The position numbers were made by a program, and so were the translations under genes. From Candidatus Brennerbacteria bacterium (GTDB lineage: Bacteria > Patescibacteriota > Minisyncoccia > UBA6257 > GWB1-50-10), in NCBI GenBank assembly GCA_043799565.1, contig JAZDNP010000005.1:1-55494 (forward strand): a stretch of DNA of 55,494 nucleotides. Direction: 5' to 3'. Position 1 is the first letter of the stretch, and each line of letters begins with the position of its first letter. This document shows positions 1 to 10,235 of this stretch, piece after piece. Under the pieces are notes generated by a model. It was not told the DNA's origin. It did no database searches and saw nothing but the letters and a program-made list of their open reading frames with translations.

Positions 1-2
1 CC

Positions 3-1526
3 GCGAGAGATCACATGGGCATCAAGCCCTTCTATTATGCACTCCAGAACGGCACGTTCTATTTTGGCTCCGAGATAAAGGCGATATTGGCGCACCCGGA
101 TTTTAAAAAAGACTTGGATGAGGCCGGCGTTTCCCATTACCTGACTTTTTCGGCGGCGCCGGCGCCATTCACTCTTTTTAAGGACGTTTGGAAGCTCCCC
201 GCCGCCCACTACCTGATCATCGGAAAAAGCGGCTCCATCCGCCAGAAGCGCTATTGGAATCCCTCGCAAAGCTCTGTGCAAGTCGCGCACACCGAAGCGG
301 AGTACGTAATCGAGGTTCAGTCTCTTTTAGAGGATTCCATTAAGAGCCAGATGGTTTCGGACGTGCCGTTCGGCTGCTTCCTATCTGGAGGCATTGATTC
401 GTCACTGAACGCGACCCTCATGAGCCGCGCCTTAGGTAGGCCCGTGGAAACATTCTCGGTCGGCTACAGGAATTTTGAAGAGAAGAACGAGTTCCAATAC
501 TCCCGCATGGTCGCGAAATCGCTCGGGGCGAAGAACCACGAAGTGCTGCTGGACGAATCCCATATGCGCGCATTCCTGCTGAAATATGCACGGTATGCCG
601 ACGATCCGAATGGAGACCAGGTGTGCTTCCCGCTCTTTTGGCTCTCGGAACTCACAAAGCGAAATGGCGTTACGGTCATCCAGATTGGCGAGGGCTCGGA
701 CGAGATATTTTCCGGCTACAGCTCGTATCTAAAAATTTTAGGAATACAAAAAAAATATGAATTAATTAAAACTAAATTGTCCCCAGAAAATTGGAACGAA
801 TTATTTCTTAAGAAAATCGGATTTTGGAAAATAATTGAGAAGGCGATAGGGGCCTCTGGAAAAGAATTCGCCATGAGATTGATAGGAGGTGAAATACCTT
901 TTTGGGGACTGGCGACCGCGTTCGACGACCACACAAAAGAGTTTGATCTTCTTAGCCCAAATTTCAAAAATAATTTTGATAGGAGTTCTAATTATATTAA
1001 AAAACTCTACAGTGAGATAGGCGAAACCAATCCGGCTTCGGATTTGCTACAGCAGATGACCTACGTTGAGATACAAAACCGCCTGCCAGAATTGCTTCTT
1101 GCCCGCGCTGACAAAATGGCGATGGCGCACTCCCTTGAAGGGCGGGTGCCGTTCCTTGATACGCGCCTCGTGGAGCTCGCATTCAACATGCCGACCGGGA
1201 TAAAGATAAAAGGAGGCGAGCCGAAGTACATACTAAAAAAAGTCGCGGAGAAGATCATTCCGAAAGATATCCAGAAGGAGATAATCTGGAGAAAAAAACA
1301 AGGATTCTCCAATACCATCGGGGAATGGCTGAAACCGGAATATGAAATATCAAAGGAACTCATCGGAACGATCTTCAATTCCAAGCTCAGGGAACGCAGA
1401 CTCCTGAACTACGACTATGTCCGCTATCTGGTTGATGCGCATCAAACAAACAAGGCGGACCACAATTTCCGACTCTGGAACCTCGTGACGCTCTCGCTCT
1501 GGTACGACGAGTGGTTCGGGGGATAG
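3..1526 (+). CDS. asnB: Asparagine synthase (glutamine-hydrolysing)-type amidotransferase, 5'-truncated by the window edge
   Basis: The frame is open from nt 3 (ARDHMGIKPFYY). Motifs FLSGGIDSS, GEGSDEIFSGY, DKMAMAHSLEGRVPFLD and RKKQGF are present. Confidence 0.93.
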   Translation, partial: ARDHMGIKPFYYALQNGTFYFGSEIKAILAHPDFKKDLDEAGVSHYLTFSAAPAPFTLFKDVWKLPAAHYLIIGKSGSIRQKRYWNPSQSSVQVAHTEAEYVIEVQSLLEDSIKSQMVSDVPFGCFLSGGIDSSLNATLMSRALGRPVETFSVGYRNFEEKNEFQYSRMVAKSLGAKNHEVLLDESHMRAFLLKYARYADDPNGDQVCFPLFWLSELTKRNGVTVIQIGEGSDEIFSGYSSYLKILGIQKKYELIKTKLSPENWNELFLKKIGFWKIIEKAIGASGKEFAMRLIGGEIPFWGLATAFDDHTKEFDLLSPNFKNNFDRSSNYIKKLYSEIGETNPASDLLQQMTYVEIQNRLPELLLARADKMAMAHSLEGRVPFLDTRLVELAFNMPTGIKIKGGEPKYILKKVAEKIIPKDIQKEIIWRKKQGFSNTIGEWLKPEYEISKELIGTIFNSKLRERRLLNYDYVRYLVDAHQTNKADHNFRLWNLVTLSLWYDEWFGG

Positions 1527-1532
1527 AAGGAC

Positions 1533-2759
1533 CTAACCCACCACCTTCTTAAGAAGGCTGTGGAGATTCTCCGCGATGACACATTTGTCGTAATGTGTGG
1601 CGGCGTACACCCTCCCACGCTCTCCCATCGCCCGCGTGAGGGCTCGGTCTTTGTAAAGTTCCAAAACACAATCCGCGAGCGAACGAGGGTTCCCTCCTTC
1701 AGCCACAATACCGCATTTGGCTTTTTGAACGATGCGTGCGCCTTCCCCTTCATGATTCACCACAGTGGGGATTCCGGCGGCCATATAGTCGAAAATCTTG
1801 GAAGATATCACATCCGCAAAGAGCGGGTCGGTGGAAAGCGTGTTTAAACCTACGTTCGCCCGTCCGAAATACCGGGGCATTTCCTCCCGAGATAGCTCGC
1901 CCGCAAATACCACATTGGAAAGATCAAGCTCGACAGCGCGCTTCTCGCACGCTTCTTTAAGCGCCCCACTCCCCACAAGAAGGAATGTGATATTCTTCTC
2001 GCCACGAAGAAGATGTGCCGCTTCAATGATGACAAGGGGGTCCTGCGCACGCCCTAAGATTCCCGCAAAGAGCACCACGAATTTCCCCTTCGTGCCGTAC
2101 TCGCGGTCAAACACCGAAAAATCGGAAGAATTTCCAAAAAGCTTTAGGTCGGCGCCGTTCGGAAAAAATCGTATCTTTTCCTCAGGAACCCCGCGTCCCT
2201 CATGGAGCCGTCTCCCTATTCCTTCGGCATTTACCGTCACCATTTTTGCTTTCCGATATACGTACCGTTCAAGCGCTTCCATCGCGCGATAGAAAAAGTT
2301 TTTTTTCAATACTCCCACCGCAAGCGCCGATTCCGGCCAAATGTCCCTAATATCCACGACAAGCGGAGTTCTCCTTAAAATGGAGAGTAAAAGCGCAGAA
2401 AAAAGCGTAGGGAGAGGAGGTGAGGTCGCAAATATTACGTCCGCGGGCCCTGCGCGCAAGCCAGCAAAAAAGCTTGAAAAGCAGAACGAAGCGTAGATGA
2501 GGAGATAGCTCAATACGTCTCGCCGCTTCGTGACCCACACCCATGAACGGAGTGCCACGAAACCATGCTCCTCGCTCTTTTGAAACCACACGTTCCTATA
2601 CCCTTTGAATATTTCACTCTTCGGATAGTTGGGCGTTTCACACACCACAGTAACCTCGTCATGATGGCGCTCGGTGAAAAACCGCGCGAAATACCCCATC
2701 CGGTGTGCGGGCGCGTTTGCCTCCGGCGGGAAAAATTGTGAGAACATCAATATCTTCAT
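1533..2759 (-). CDS. GT4 glycosyltransferase (WbuB-like)
   Basis: N-terminus MKILMFSQFFPPE, plus PNYP, DIRDIWPES and SKIFDYMAAGIP. Confidence 0.9.
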   Translation of the reverse strand: MKILMFSQFFPPEANAPAHRMGYFARFFTERHHDEVTVVCETPNYPKSEIFKGYRNVWFQKSEEHGFVALRSWVWVTKRRDVLSYLLIYASFCFSSFFAGLRAGPADVIFATSPPLPTLFSALLLSILRRTPLVVDIRDIWPESALAVGVLKKNFFYRAMEALERYVYRKAKMVTVNAEGIGRRLHEGRGVPEEKIRFFPNGADLKLFGNSSDFSVFDREYGTKGKFVVLFAGILGRAQDPLVIIEAAHLLRGEKNITFLLVGSGALKEACEKRAVELDLSNVVFAGELSREEMPRYFGRANVGLNTLSTDPLFADVISSKIFDYMAAGIPTVVNHEGEGARIVQKAKCGIVAEGGNPRSLADCVLELYKDRALTRAMGERGRVYAATHYDKCVIAENLHSLLKKVVG

Positions 2760-2761
2760 TG

Positions 2762-3736
2762 TTAGAAATAAAATACTTTAAAGGCCGCCTTAAGGGTGAG
2801 TGCGAGCGCGTGATACAGCGGGTTCCTTGCATACTTCTCCCACTTCCTTGCATAGTTTCCAAAGGTTGTATCCCCCGATATCCGCTCGGTCACTCGAAGC
2901 TGAACGATGTGAAGCGAATGATAGTACGGGCTCGCGATCATAGGAAGAAGCTGGCGCGAAAGATCGTAGCGCGACCAAAATCCAAGATCGTACTTCGGAA
3001 GATTCCGAACAATAGTTGCGATGCACGCATGAAAGAGCTCGTGTGCACTCTCCTCCTTCGTAAGAAGCCAGTAGTCCCACACGCCCCATAGCGCCCATAG
3101 GTATCCGTTCAAAATCCGTGTGGGCTCGGGAACGATATATTCCTCAAGCCACACACCCCCCTCCGCGTCATGGTACTGCACTCCCCCATTTTTAATCTCC
3201 GTGGCGAGCGCAGGAAATGCCTCTTTTGCGGTTTTAAGATATCGCCCGTCATTCGTTTCTTTATAGAGGCGCGCGAGGAGCGAAATGCCCGTCCCTTGCG
3301 CGTGTGAAGAGAACCAACCCGCCGCGAGCGGATACTTGTAGTGCCACGGAAACTCATGTTTCCACACCTTCACGCCCTTCTCGTTCTGTGTGAGATTATT
3401 TACGAGCCACTCCGCCTGCGCCTTTGCTTCCGCGAGATTCCTTGGATTGCGGGTTGAAAGATAACGGTTCCAATTTCCCAACCCATACTGCCCGATGGCG
3501 AGCGGATTGTATTGTCGGCCAATATCAAAGAAATAGTCGAAAAGTATCACTCCATCATTGTCCTTCGGTCCTTCGTACGCCGCCTTGTCGGCGAACGTCA
3601 TGTAATACGGGCCAAGTTTCGCAGGATCAAAATCGGCGGCGGCTGGCCGCTCGTGCCAAAAAGAAAGATACCCCTTGTCCTTCGTAAGGTAGACCTTCAG
3701 GATGCGCCGGAAATAGTTCAGTCGACCCCTAATCAT
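2762..3736 (-). CDS. D-glucuronyl C5-epimerase C-terminal-domain family protein
   Basis: Motifs WFSSHAQG.GIS.L.R, WLEEY, ILNGYLWAL.G, YDLGFWSRYDL and YHSLHIVQL. Confidence 0.8.
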   Translation of the reverse strand: MIRGRLNYFRRILKVYLTKDKGYLSFWHERPAAADFDPAKLGPYYMTFADKAAYEGPKDNDGVILFDYFFDIGRQYNPLAIGQYGLGNWNRYLSTRNPRNLAEAKAQAEWLVNNLTQNEKGVKVWKHEFPWHYKYPLAAGWFSSHAQGTGISLLARLYKETNDGRYLKTAKEAFPALATEIKNGGVQYHDAEGGVWLEEYIVPEPTRILNGYLWALWGVWDYWLLTKEESAHELFHACIATIVRNLPKYDLGFWSRYDLSRQLLPMIASPYYHSLHIVQLRVTERISGDTTFGNYARKWEKYARNPLYHALALTLKAAFKVFYF

Positions 3737-5892
3737 CTCCCGAACTCTACTACACTCGCGGTGCGAAGCGCTTCCGCGGCCTTGAACGTGGCGAGATGGG
3801 AGAGGTAGAGCTCTTCAAGCGATATGGGCGAAGGACCACCGCTTTGTATCGCTTCCACCATCGCTACCATCTCCTCCGTATAGCCCTTATTCTGGTGCCA
3901 CCGCGAGAGATCTCTCGTGCGCCCCGCTTCAATGACCTTCCCGCCCTTGAAGTTATCTATCACCATTATCTTTCCGTCACCATAAATTTCCAGATATTCC
4001 TTGGGAAAACGGAAGCTGCCGAGCGCCGTGTACACGATGGTGCCAAGCGAGCCATTCTCGAACTCAATGGAAATCGTAAAGTTATCCTCGTGCGGTACGG
4101 CGCCCCCCACAGGCACGCCAGCGGAGGAAATCCGGCGAGGCTTCGATCCGGAGAGAAACTGGAGCGCATCCACAAAGTGACATCCTTCCCCAATGAGCCG
4201 TCCGCCCTCTTCCGGGTCGTATGACCAGTGGTTTGGCTCCAAAGGTCCCACATTCACCCGATAGAGGATGCTAAGTGGGGTCTTGGAATCCTTGAATTCG
4301 CGCCGCGCTTCCCTGAGGTGATATGAGAATCGCCGATTGAATCCCACAAGAAGCCGTCCTTTTGAGCGCTCCGCGACTTTTATCACGAGGTTTAATTCTT
4401 CTTCATTAAGCGCAAGCGGCTTCTCAATGTAAATATTTTTCCCGGCTTCAAGCGCTTGTACCGCCATCATCGCATGGTTCCGGTGGCGCGTCGCGCAGAT
4501 GATGAGGTCAATTTCTTTGTCTCCCAAAAGTTTCTCGTATTCGGCGGTGACATACGAGGCTCCCGCCGCAACGCCGACCTTCTTCGCGGGGAGCCCCTTC
4601 GGGTGACACACCGCTCTCACCTCCGCGTCTTTTATCTCCTTGAGGTGAGGGATGATGGTGGAATTCATGAAGGAGCCGAGACCCACAAGTCCAATCTTCA
4701 CTGTTGCCTTTTTCTCGGTCGTGGGGCGCGAAACGCTCGGAAGTGAGAGGACGGTCTCTGCATTTCCTTTCGCGGGGTAGGAAAGCACAATCCCATGCAC
4801 CAACCCTTTTGGCTTGAACACAAGGTCGTACGCGCGCAGCGCTTCATCTATGGGGAATGTTTTCGAGATAAGCGAACGAATCGTTATTTTCTTCTCTTCA
4901 AGGAGGCGAAGAAATTCCTCAATGTTCCCCTTCTCGGTCCACCGTACATAGCCGAACGGGTAGTCCTGTCCTTTCTCCTCAAAGGAAGGGTCGTAGCGGC
5001 CAGGGCCGTACGAGCGGGACGAGATAAACGATAGCTCCTTCGCATAGAAATCGCGCCAGGGAATCTCCGCGGGCACGTTCCCTATCTGCACCACGCGGCC
5101 TCGGTCGCGCGCGAGCTCAACCGCAAGTTTCAATGGAGCATTTGTCTTCGCGCTCGCATATATAAAAACCGCGTCCAACCCTTTCCCTTCCGTAAATTTC
5201 TTCACCGTAGAGGAATGGTCTCCCTTTCCGATCGTAACGCCTTCGTCCATTCCTTCCTTTAAGGCGAACGCGACCTGTGATTCATTCACGTCGAATCCAA
5301 TGACCGGATGGCCATACCCAGAGAGCATTTTTACCGCGAGCTGGCCCAAAAGCCCCAACCCCACCACCCCCACGCGCTCTCCTGGCGTAAGGTTTGCTTG
5401 GCGGATGCCCTGCAAGGCGATGGCGCCGAGCGTGCTAAAGGCAGCTTCTTCCTCATTCACGCCCGCGGGGATTTTCGCAATAAGATTTTTCGGCACGAAC
5501 ACCCACTCGGCATGCGAGGCATAGTTCTGACCTGCGCACGCCACCTTGTCGCCCACCTTGATGCCCACCACTTCGGCACCAACTTCTACAACACGCCCCG
5601 CCGAAGAATATCCGAGCGCGATCTCCGTGCCAAGCTTTGACTGTGCCACACGCCACGCCGCACCGATGCCTTTCGTCTTCATAAGCATGAAGAACTTTTG
5701 TACGTAGTCGGGGCGTTCCTTCGCTTTCTCTACAATGCTTTTTTTGGAAAGTTCGATGATGCCGCGTTCGGTCCCCGCGCTTATAACAGAGAATGAATTT
5801 TTCACGAGCACGCCGCCGGCGCGAACCGGCGGAGGAGATACCTCTTCAAGGACTGTTCCCCCTGTTTTAGGGTTTTGGAATACTTGTTTCAT
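3733..5892 (-). CDS. Bi-domain oxidoreductase (Zn-binding dehydrogenase-like fused to Gfo/Idh/MocA)
   Basis: Motifs SVISAGTE, LGYSSAG, SRSYGPGRYD, EKPLA, GFNRRF and GEGCHFVD. The ATG at 5892 is preferred over the TTG at 5901. Confidence 0.92.
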   Translation of the reverse strand: MKQVFQNPKTGGTVLEEVSPPPVRAGGVLVKNSFSVISAGTERGIIELSKKSIVEKAKERPDYVQKFFMLMKTKGIGAAWRVAQSKLGTEIALGYSSAGRVVEVGAEVVGIKVGDKVACAGQNYASHAEWVFVPKNLIAKIPAGVNEEEAAFSTLGAIALQGIRQANLTPGERVGVVGLGLLGQLAVKMLSGYGHPVIGFDVNESQVAFALKEGMDEGVTIGKGDHSSTVKKFTEGKGLDAVFIYASAKTNAPLKLAVELARDRGRVVQIGNVPAEIPWRDFYAKELSFISSRSYGPGRYDPSFEEKGQDYPFGYVRWTEKGNIEEFLRLLEEKKITIRSLISKTFPIDEALRAYDLVFKPKGLVHGIVLSYPAKGNAETVLSLPSVSRPTTEKKATVKIGLVGLGSFMNSTIIPHLKEIKDAEVRAVCHPKGLPAKKVGVAAGASYVTAEYEKLLGDKEIDLIICATRHRNHAMMAVQALEAGKNIYIEKPLALNEEELNLVIKVAERSKGRLLVGFNRRFSYHLREARREFKDSKTPLSILYRVNVGPLEPNHWSYDPEEGGRLIGEGCHFVDALQFLSGSKPRRISSAGVPVGGAVPHEDNFTISIEFENGSLGTIVYTALGSFRFPKEYLEIYGDGKIMVIDNFKGGKVIEAGRTRDLSRWHQNKGYTEEMVAMVEAIQSGGPSPISLEELYLSHLATFKAAEALRTASVVEFGR

Positions 5893-5942
5893 TGCTTCCA
5901 ATCGCCCTCATTGTAACTGCGGTTTCGGTGAGTGTAAACCTT

Positions 5943-6704
5943 TTATTTGCTGCCTTTGATCACCTTAAAAAAACCGAATCGTGCGGGGACAACGGCACCA
6001 AACCATCGAGGCATATAGATACCCCTCGCGATTCTCAGGTCATACGGGGTAACGATATTTTGTACCGAAACATTCTTAAAACTCCCAAACAGGTCGAAGG
6101 CCTCCGAATCGGTAAGGGCCTTTGTGCCTGGGCTTTCGTGGTGTTCTGCGAAAAGCTTTTTAAGAGAAGCGGAAGGATCCAGATGCAATAAACCGAAGAG
6201 CGCGTACAATTGGAGCCCGACCAAAGAAAACCGATTGTACAGCATTATGCAAAATTCCCCGCCCGGCTTCATGACCCTTCTCACCTCTCGGACGGCCTTC
6301 TCCATGTCCGGAGTATGATGAAGCACTCCCCAGGAATAGACGGCGTCAAAGCTGCTCTCCGGGAAAGGCATGTCCTCCGCACTGGCGTTTAAAAAGACTC
6401 CAGAAAGACCGCACAATTTGAAGTTCTTTTCTGCCAGCCCCAAAGACACGCGCGAGGCATCGATGGCGGTGTAGTCGGCGCCGCGCCAGGCGATTTCCAC
6501 TCCGTCCGTACCCACGCCGCAACCTATTTCCAATATTTTCTTGGATCTGACGTCCAGCTCGTCTATAAAATCCAAAACGAACGGCTCAAGCTTGTAACGC
6601 CTTTCCTTTATCTTCCTAAAATAATCGGCTCGGGGATTCTCCGGAATCAGCCCGAAGGTGCCGCAGGGTTTTTTATTCCAAAAACCACTAACTTCGTCTC
6701 TCAT
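5943..6704 (-). CDS. Class I SAM-dependent methyltransferase
   Basis: LEIGCGVGTD and FDAVYSWGVLHHTPD. Confidence 0.9.
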   Translation of the reverse strand: MRDEVSGFWNKKPCGTFGLIPENPRADYFRKIKERRYKLEPFVLDFIDELDVRSKKILEIGCGVGTDGVEIAWRGADYTAIDASRVSLGLAEKNFKLCGLSGVFLNASAEDMPFPESSFDAVYSWGVLHHTPDMEKAVREVRRVMKPGGEFCIMLYNRFSLVGLQLYALFGLLHLDPSASLKKLFAEHHESPGTKALTDSEAFDLFGSFKNVSVQNIVTPYDLRIARGIYMPRWFGAVVPARFGFFKVIKGSK

Positions 6705-7536
6705 GTCCTTTATAATTCGGGTTTCCCCTCATCTCGTATTCCTTGGCGTCGGTCAAGAATTGATGCCAGAACCCTTGGAGGAAGTGGAAAATAAGTCCGG
6801 GGATGCCGTCCAAAAATCCAAGCCGGAAAAAATAACGGTAGCAGAAGTAGATGAATGCGCGGCAAAAAAGCGGTAAACGCCCGTAAAAATTTTGCTTGAA
6901 CCACCGTTTTCTTCCTGCTTGGCCTCCCAAGATAGTTTCACTTTGCGTTTCCGCCGACCGCGCCCTTGCTTCACGTGTGGAAAAATCGTTGTGTTTCTCG
7001 GTCCATGCCGCAAGCCCTTTCCGATTCTCGTCCACAAAATCGTATCTCATACGCTCAACGCGTCCTTCTGACACCGCAATGTGTTCATCCATTTCTCGTT
7101 CCTCGCACCGCGCTTTCCCCCGCCGGAAAAGTCGCAACATCCATGTCGGGTAATATCCTCCATGTCGAATCCATCGTCCCATGAAGTAAACGCGGCGTTT
7201 GAGATAAAATCCACTCACGTCTTGGGGTTCGGAGGTTAGCCTCTTTTTTATTTCCTCAATAAGTTCCGGCGTGAGCCACTCATCGGCATCTAATCGCAAA
7301 ATCCATTCTCCCCTCAGTGGTAAATGATCAAGCGCCCAGTTGAATTGTTGCGCTTGATGCATGTATTCCTTGTGCACAACAAACTCGGCGCCTCCGGTTT
7401 TTGCAACGTCCGACGTCTTGTCCACGGAACCGCTATCCACCACCCACGTCTTCGCCCCGAGTAATTTTATGCTCTGAAGACAGCTGGAAAGGTTTAGCTC
7501 TTCATTTCTTGTGAGGATAATAACGTCAATTTTCAT
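6688..7536 (-). CDS. GT2 glycosyltransferase (beta-1,4-glucosyltransferase-like)
   Basis: IILTRNEE, VVDSGSVD, LRLDADE and RLGFLDG. Confidence 0.9.
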   Translation of the reverse strand: MKIDVIILTRNEELNLSSCLQSIKLLGAKTWVVDSGSVDKTSDVAKTGGAEFVVHKEYMHQAQQFNWALDHLPLRGEWILRLDADEWLTPELIEEIKKRLTSEPQDVSGFYLKRRVYFMGRWIRHGGYYPTWMLRLFRRGKARCEEREMDEHIAVSEGRVERMRYDFVDENRKGLAAWTEKHNDFSTREARARSAETQSETILGGQAGRKRWFKQNFYGRLPLFCRAFIYFCYRYFFRLGFLDGIPGLIFHFLQGFWHQFLTDAKEYEMRGNPNYKGHERRS

Positions 7537-7541
7537 AAGAA

Positions 7542-8192
7542 CTAGGGTTTAGGCCGTGCGAAAATTATGAGGTGAGCACCCCACGAAGGCAGCCAATCTC
7601 CCGCCACTTCGAACACTTTTCCGATTGGATTCCTCCGCGTGGAGAAAAGAAAATGAGAAGAGGCAAGGTACGCCACTTCGAACCCCGCCTCTTCGATAAG
7701 CGCTCGCAAAGTCTTCGCGGTGTACATATGGTAGTGATAGCGTGCATACGCGAACGCAGGGGTCATACCAAAGAGCATTCGGAGACGATTCACACTAAAT
7801 ACGAGGTTCGGCACGGTAAGCGCGAGTATACCGTCTGGTTTCAAGAGTTCGCGCACACCACGCAAAAACCCTTCATCATCGTAGAGATGTTCCATTACCT
7901 CCCCCGCAAAGACGATATCAAACCGCTCCTTGAGCGAAGGAAGGCCGTTGTTCAGGTCGCGCTGAATCATATGTACACCGTCCATGTCCGCGCGGGGATT
8001 CATATCCACACATACCGCGGTCACGCCTTCCTGCCGCAGAATGTCGGTGAGCCCTCCCTTCGCGTACCCACATTCAAGGAGCCGCCTTCCTTTAAGCGAC
8101 GGAAAGTAGCCGCGCATAAACCGCGCCACTTTCCGTATGCGAATCGGGTCGGGGACTTCAAATGTGCCGAAAATGCCCTGCCGGGTATCCAT
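7542..8192 (-). CDS. Class I SAM-dependent methyltransferase
   Basis: LECGYAKG, FDIVFAGEVMEHL and LKPDGILALTVPN. Confidence 0.85.
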   Translation of the reverse strand: MDTRQGIFGTFEVPDPIRIRKVARFMRGYFPSLKGRRLLECGYAKGGLTDILRQEGVTAVCVDMNPRADMDGVHMIQRDLNNGLPSLKERFDIVFAGEVMEHLYDDEGFLRGVRELLKPDGILALTVPNLVFSVNRLRMLFGMTPAFAYARYHYHMYTAKTLRALIEEAGFEVAYLASSHFLFSTRRNPIGKVFEVAGDWLPSWGAHLIIFARPKP

Positions 8193-8195
8193 GGT

Positions 8196-9380
8196 TTATT
8201 GAAGAGATATCAATTTATTGTACTCGGTGAGAAACCGCTCCGCAATTTTCCCCGCGGAGAATTCGTCTCGCGCTAACCGCTTTCCTCTTTCCCCGAACTT
8301 TCGCGCTGCGGCAGGGTCACGAATGATCTCCGCAATCGCGCGCGCGACTTCTTCTTCGTCCTTTTTCGTCACAATTCCCGCTCCCGACCGAGAAACGTAG
8401 GGCGCGATACCAACTCTATCGCTCACTACCACCGGGACACCGCACGCCATTGCTTCCACCACCGCCATCCCAAAATTCTCAGAATACGATGGCAATACGA
8501 ACACGCGAGCCGCTTGAAACACCGCGGTTCTTTCCGTTCCCTGCACGCGTCCGACGAAAACCACGGATCGGACTATGCGATACGCATGAATGAGGCGCTG
8601 GACTTCTTTTTTATAATTTCCGTCGTCTTCCCCCGCTATCGCGAGGATTGCGCGAGGGCGCTTTGCAAGAAAGTGCGCGAACGCAGGTATAAGCGTATCA
8701 AAACCCTTTTTCCAGTTGATACGTCCCAAACTAAGTACTATCTCCGCGCCTGCGGGGATATCAAAACGTTTTAAAAACGCGGCAACCCCACCGGTAGCTT
8801 CCGGCATCGAATCGCAGTCAAAACTATTAGGTATCACAAGCGCCTGCGTGAGCGGGAATCCTCCGGCTACATATTCTTCTTGCTCTTGCGGCACGGTAAA
8901 GTGAATCGCGGCGGCATGCGCAAGATTTCTCCTCTCTATTGCCGCGAGATAAACGCCTTTCACGAGCGGTTTATGCATCAAAAGCGGCTCTTTCCTGAGA
9001 CTCCCGTGTGGAGAAATGATGTATGGCTTCTCGAATTTTCTTGCGTAGTAGGCGCCGAGCGTTGATGCGGCGAGGAATACCGAAGTGATATGGACACAAT
9101 CAAACTCTTTAGTGGTGTCGGCAAGGGCCCTGTGAAGCCCCCACGAATAGTCCCACCGTTTAGGGAACGATGCGGGGAAATACCGCACCCGCACACCATC
9201 GAGGTAAACTGGCTCGCAGCAAGGGACATTGAGCGTCTCTCTTCCATCGCGGTTCGTGGTGTACACCGTCACCTGCGCTCCCTTCTGTACGAGCGAACGG
9301 TTCAGAAGGTGAGTTGGTACGATAGGCCCACTTGCACGATATCCCGGGAGATAGCTAGGAATAATATGGAGGATGTTCAT
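8196..9380 (-). CDS. GT4 glycosyltransferase
   Basis: LGRINWKKG and LPSYSENFGMAVVEAMACGVPVV. Confidence 0.92.
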   Translation of the reverse strand: MNILHIIPSYLPGYRASGPIVPTHLLNRSLVQKGAQVTVYTTNRDGRETLNVPCCEPVYLDGVRVRYFPASFPKRWDYSWGLHRALADTTKEFDCVHITSVFLAASTLGAYYARKFEKPYIISPHGSLRKEPLLMHKPLVKGVYLAAIERRNLAHAAAIHFTVPQEQEEYVAGGFPLTQALVIPNSFDCDSMPEATGGVAAFLKRFDIPAGAEIVLSLGRINWKKGFDTLIPAFAHFLAKRPRAILAIAGEDDGNYKKEVQRLIHAYRIVRSVVFVGRVQGTERTAVFQAARVFVLPSYSENFGMAVVEAMACGVPVVVSDRVGIAPYVSRSGAGIVTKKDEEEVARAIAEIIRDPAAARKFGERGKRLARDEFSAGKIAERFLTEYNKLISLQ

Positions 9381-9434
9381 GTTAAGATTTCATCCTCCTT
9401 CTCTAACGTGTAAATCCTAGAACTTTTTAGCGTC

Positions 9435-10226
9435 CTAAGAATTTTTTTTGTCATTCACGAGTTCAATGATAAGTTGCATGCCCAACTTTAGACCGAGGAG
9501 GGTGTGCATGGCGCTGAATTTCAAAATTCTCATCTGGAAATTCGGCCAAAGCCCGTGGATAGCCCGGTTGTTATACCAATAATTGGACCCGATGCTCTTT
9601 ACCGTAAAATACCCTTCAAAAAGAGCGCGCAAAAACGATGGCCGGAAACAATAATGGTGCACCGGAAGATTATAGTCCTCATTGACATAGCCTTTTCTTA
9701 TCCCTTGAAAAAGTTTTCTGAAGGTCATGCGGCGCTTTATAGGGAAAAGGCGCCAAGGGATTGTTCTCCAAAGATAATAAAGGTTAGGCGTGGTTATGAT
9801 GATTTTTGCTCCTTTTTTTCCAACTCTTTTAATCTCCTCTAGGAGATCGTGTAATTCATCAATTGTCAGGTGTTCAATCGTCTCCACACAGACTATGTAT
9901 TGAAAAGTGTCATCGGGAAAGTCCATTTTAGTCGCATCCATTTCCAAAAACTCTTCGCGTGGATGCAGTTCCCTCGCCCTCAAAATATTTTCCTCCGAGA
10001 TATCGATACCGATATACTTTCCTTTGGGACTGTAATCGAGTAATTGCCCCACGCCGCAACCAATATCCAGCAGAGCGTCATTTTCTTTTATACCGGCGAG
10101 TTTATCCAACACACTCCCGAAAGTCACTGTCCAGGTAAACTCGAAAAGCTCATCAACATTTGTCTGCCAAGTGTAACCGTGTTTTTTATAGAATTCCTTG
10201 GTCCCTGCCGAGAAATGTTTTTCCAT
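9435..10226 (-). CDS. Class I SAM-dependent methyltransferase
   Basis: LLDIGCGVG, GIDIS and ETIEHL. Confidence 0.85.
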   Translation of the reverse strand: MEKHFSAGTKEFYKKHGYTWQTNVDELFEFTWTVTFGSVLDKLAGIKENDALLDIGCGVGQLLDYSPKGKYIGIDISEENILRARELHPREEFLEMDATKMDFPDDTFQYIVCVETIEHLTIDELHDLLEEIKRVGKKGAKIIITTPNLYYLWRTIPWRLFPIKRRMTFRKLFQGIRKGYVNEDYNLPVHHYCFRPSFLRALFEGYFTVKSIGSNYWYNNRAIHGLWPNFQMRILKFSAMHTLLGLKLGMQLIIELVNDKKNS

Positions 10227-10235
10227 AGGATTGTG

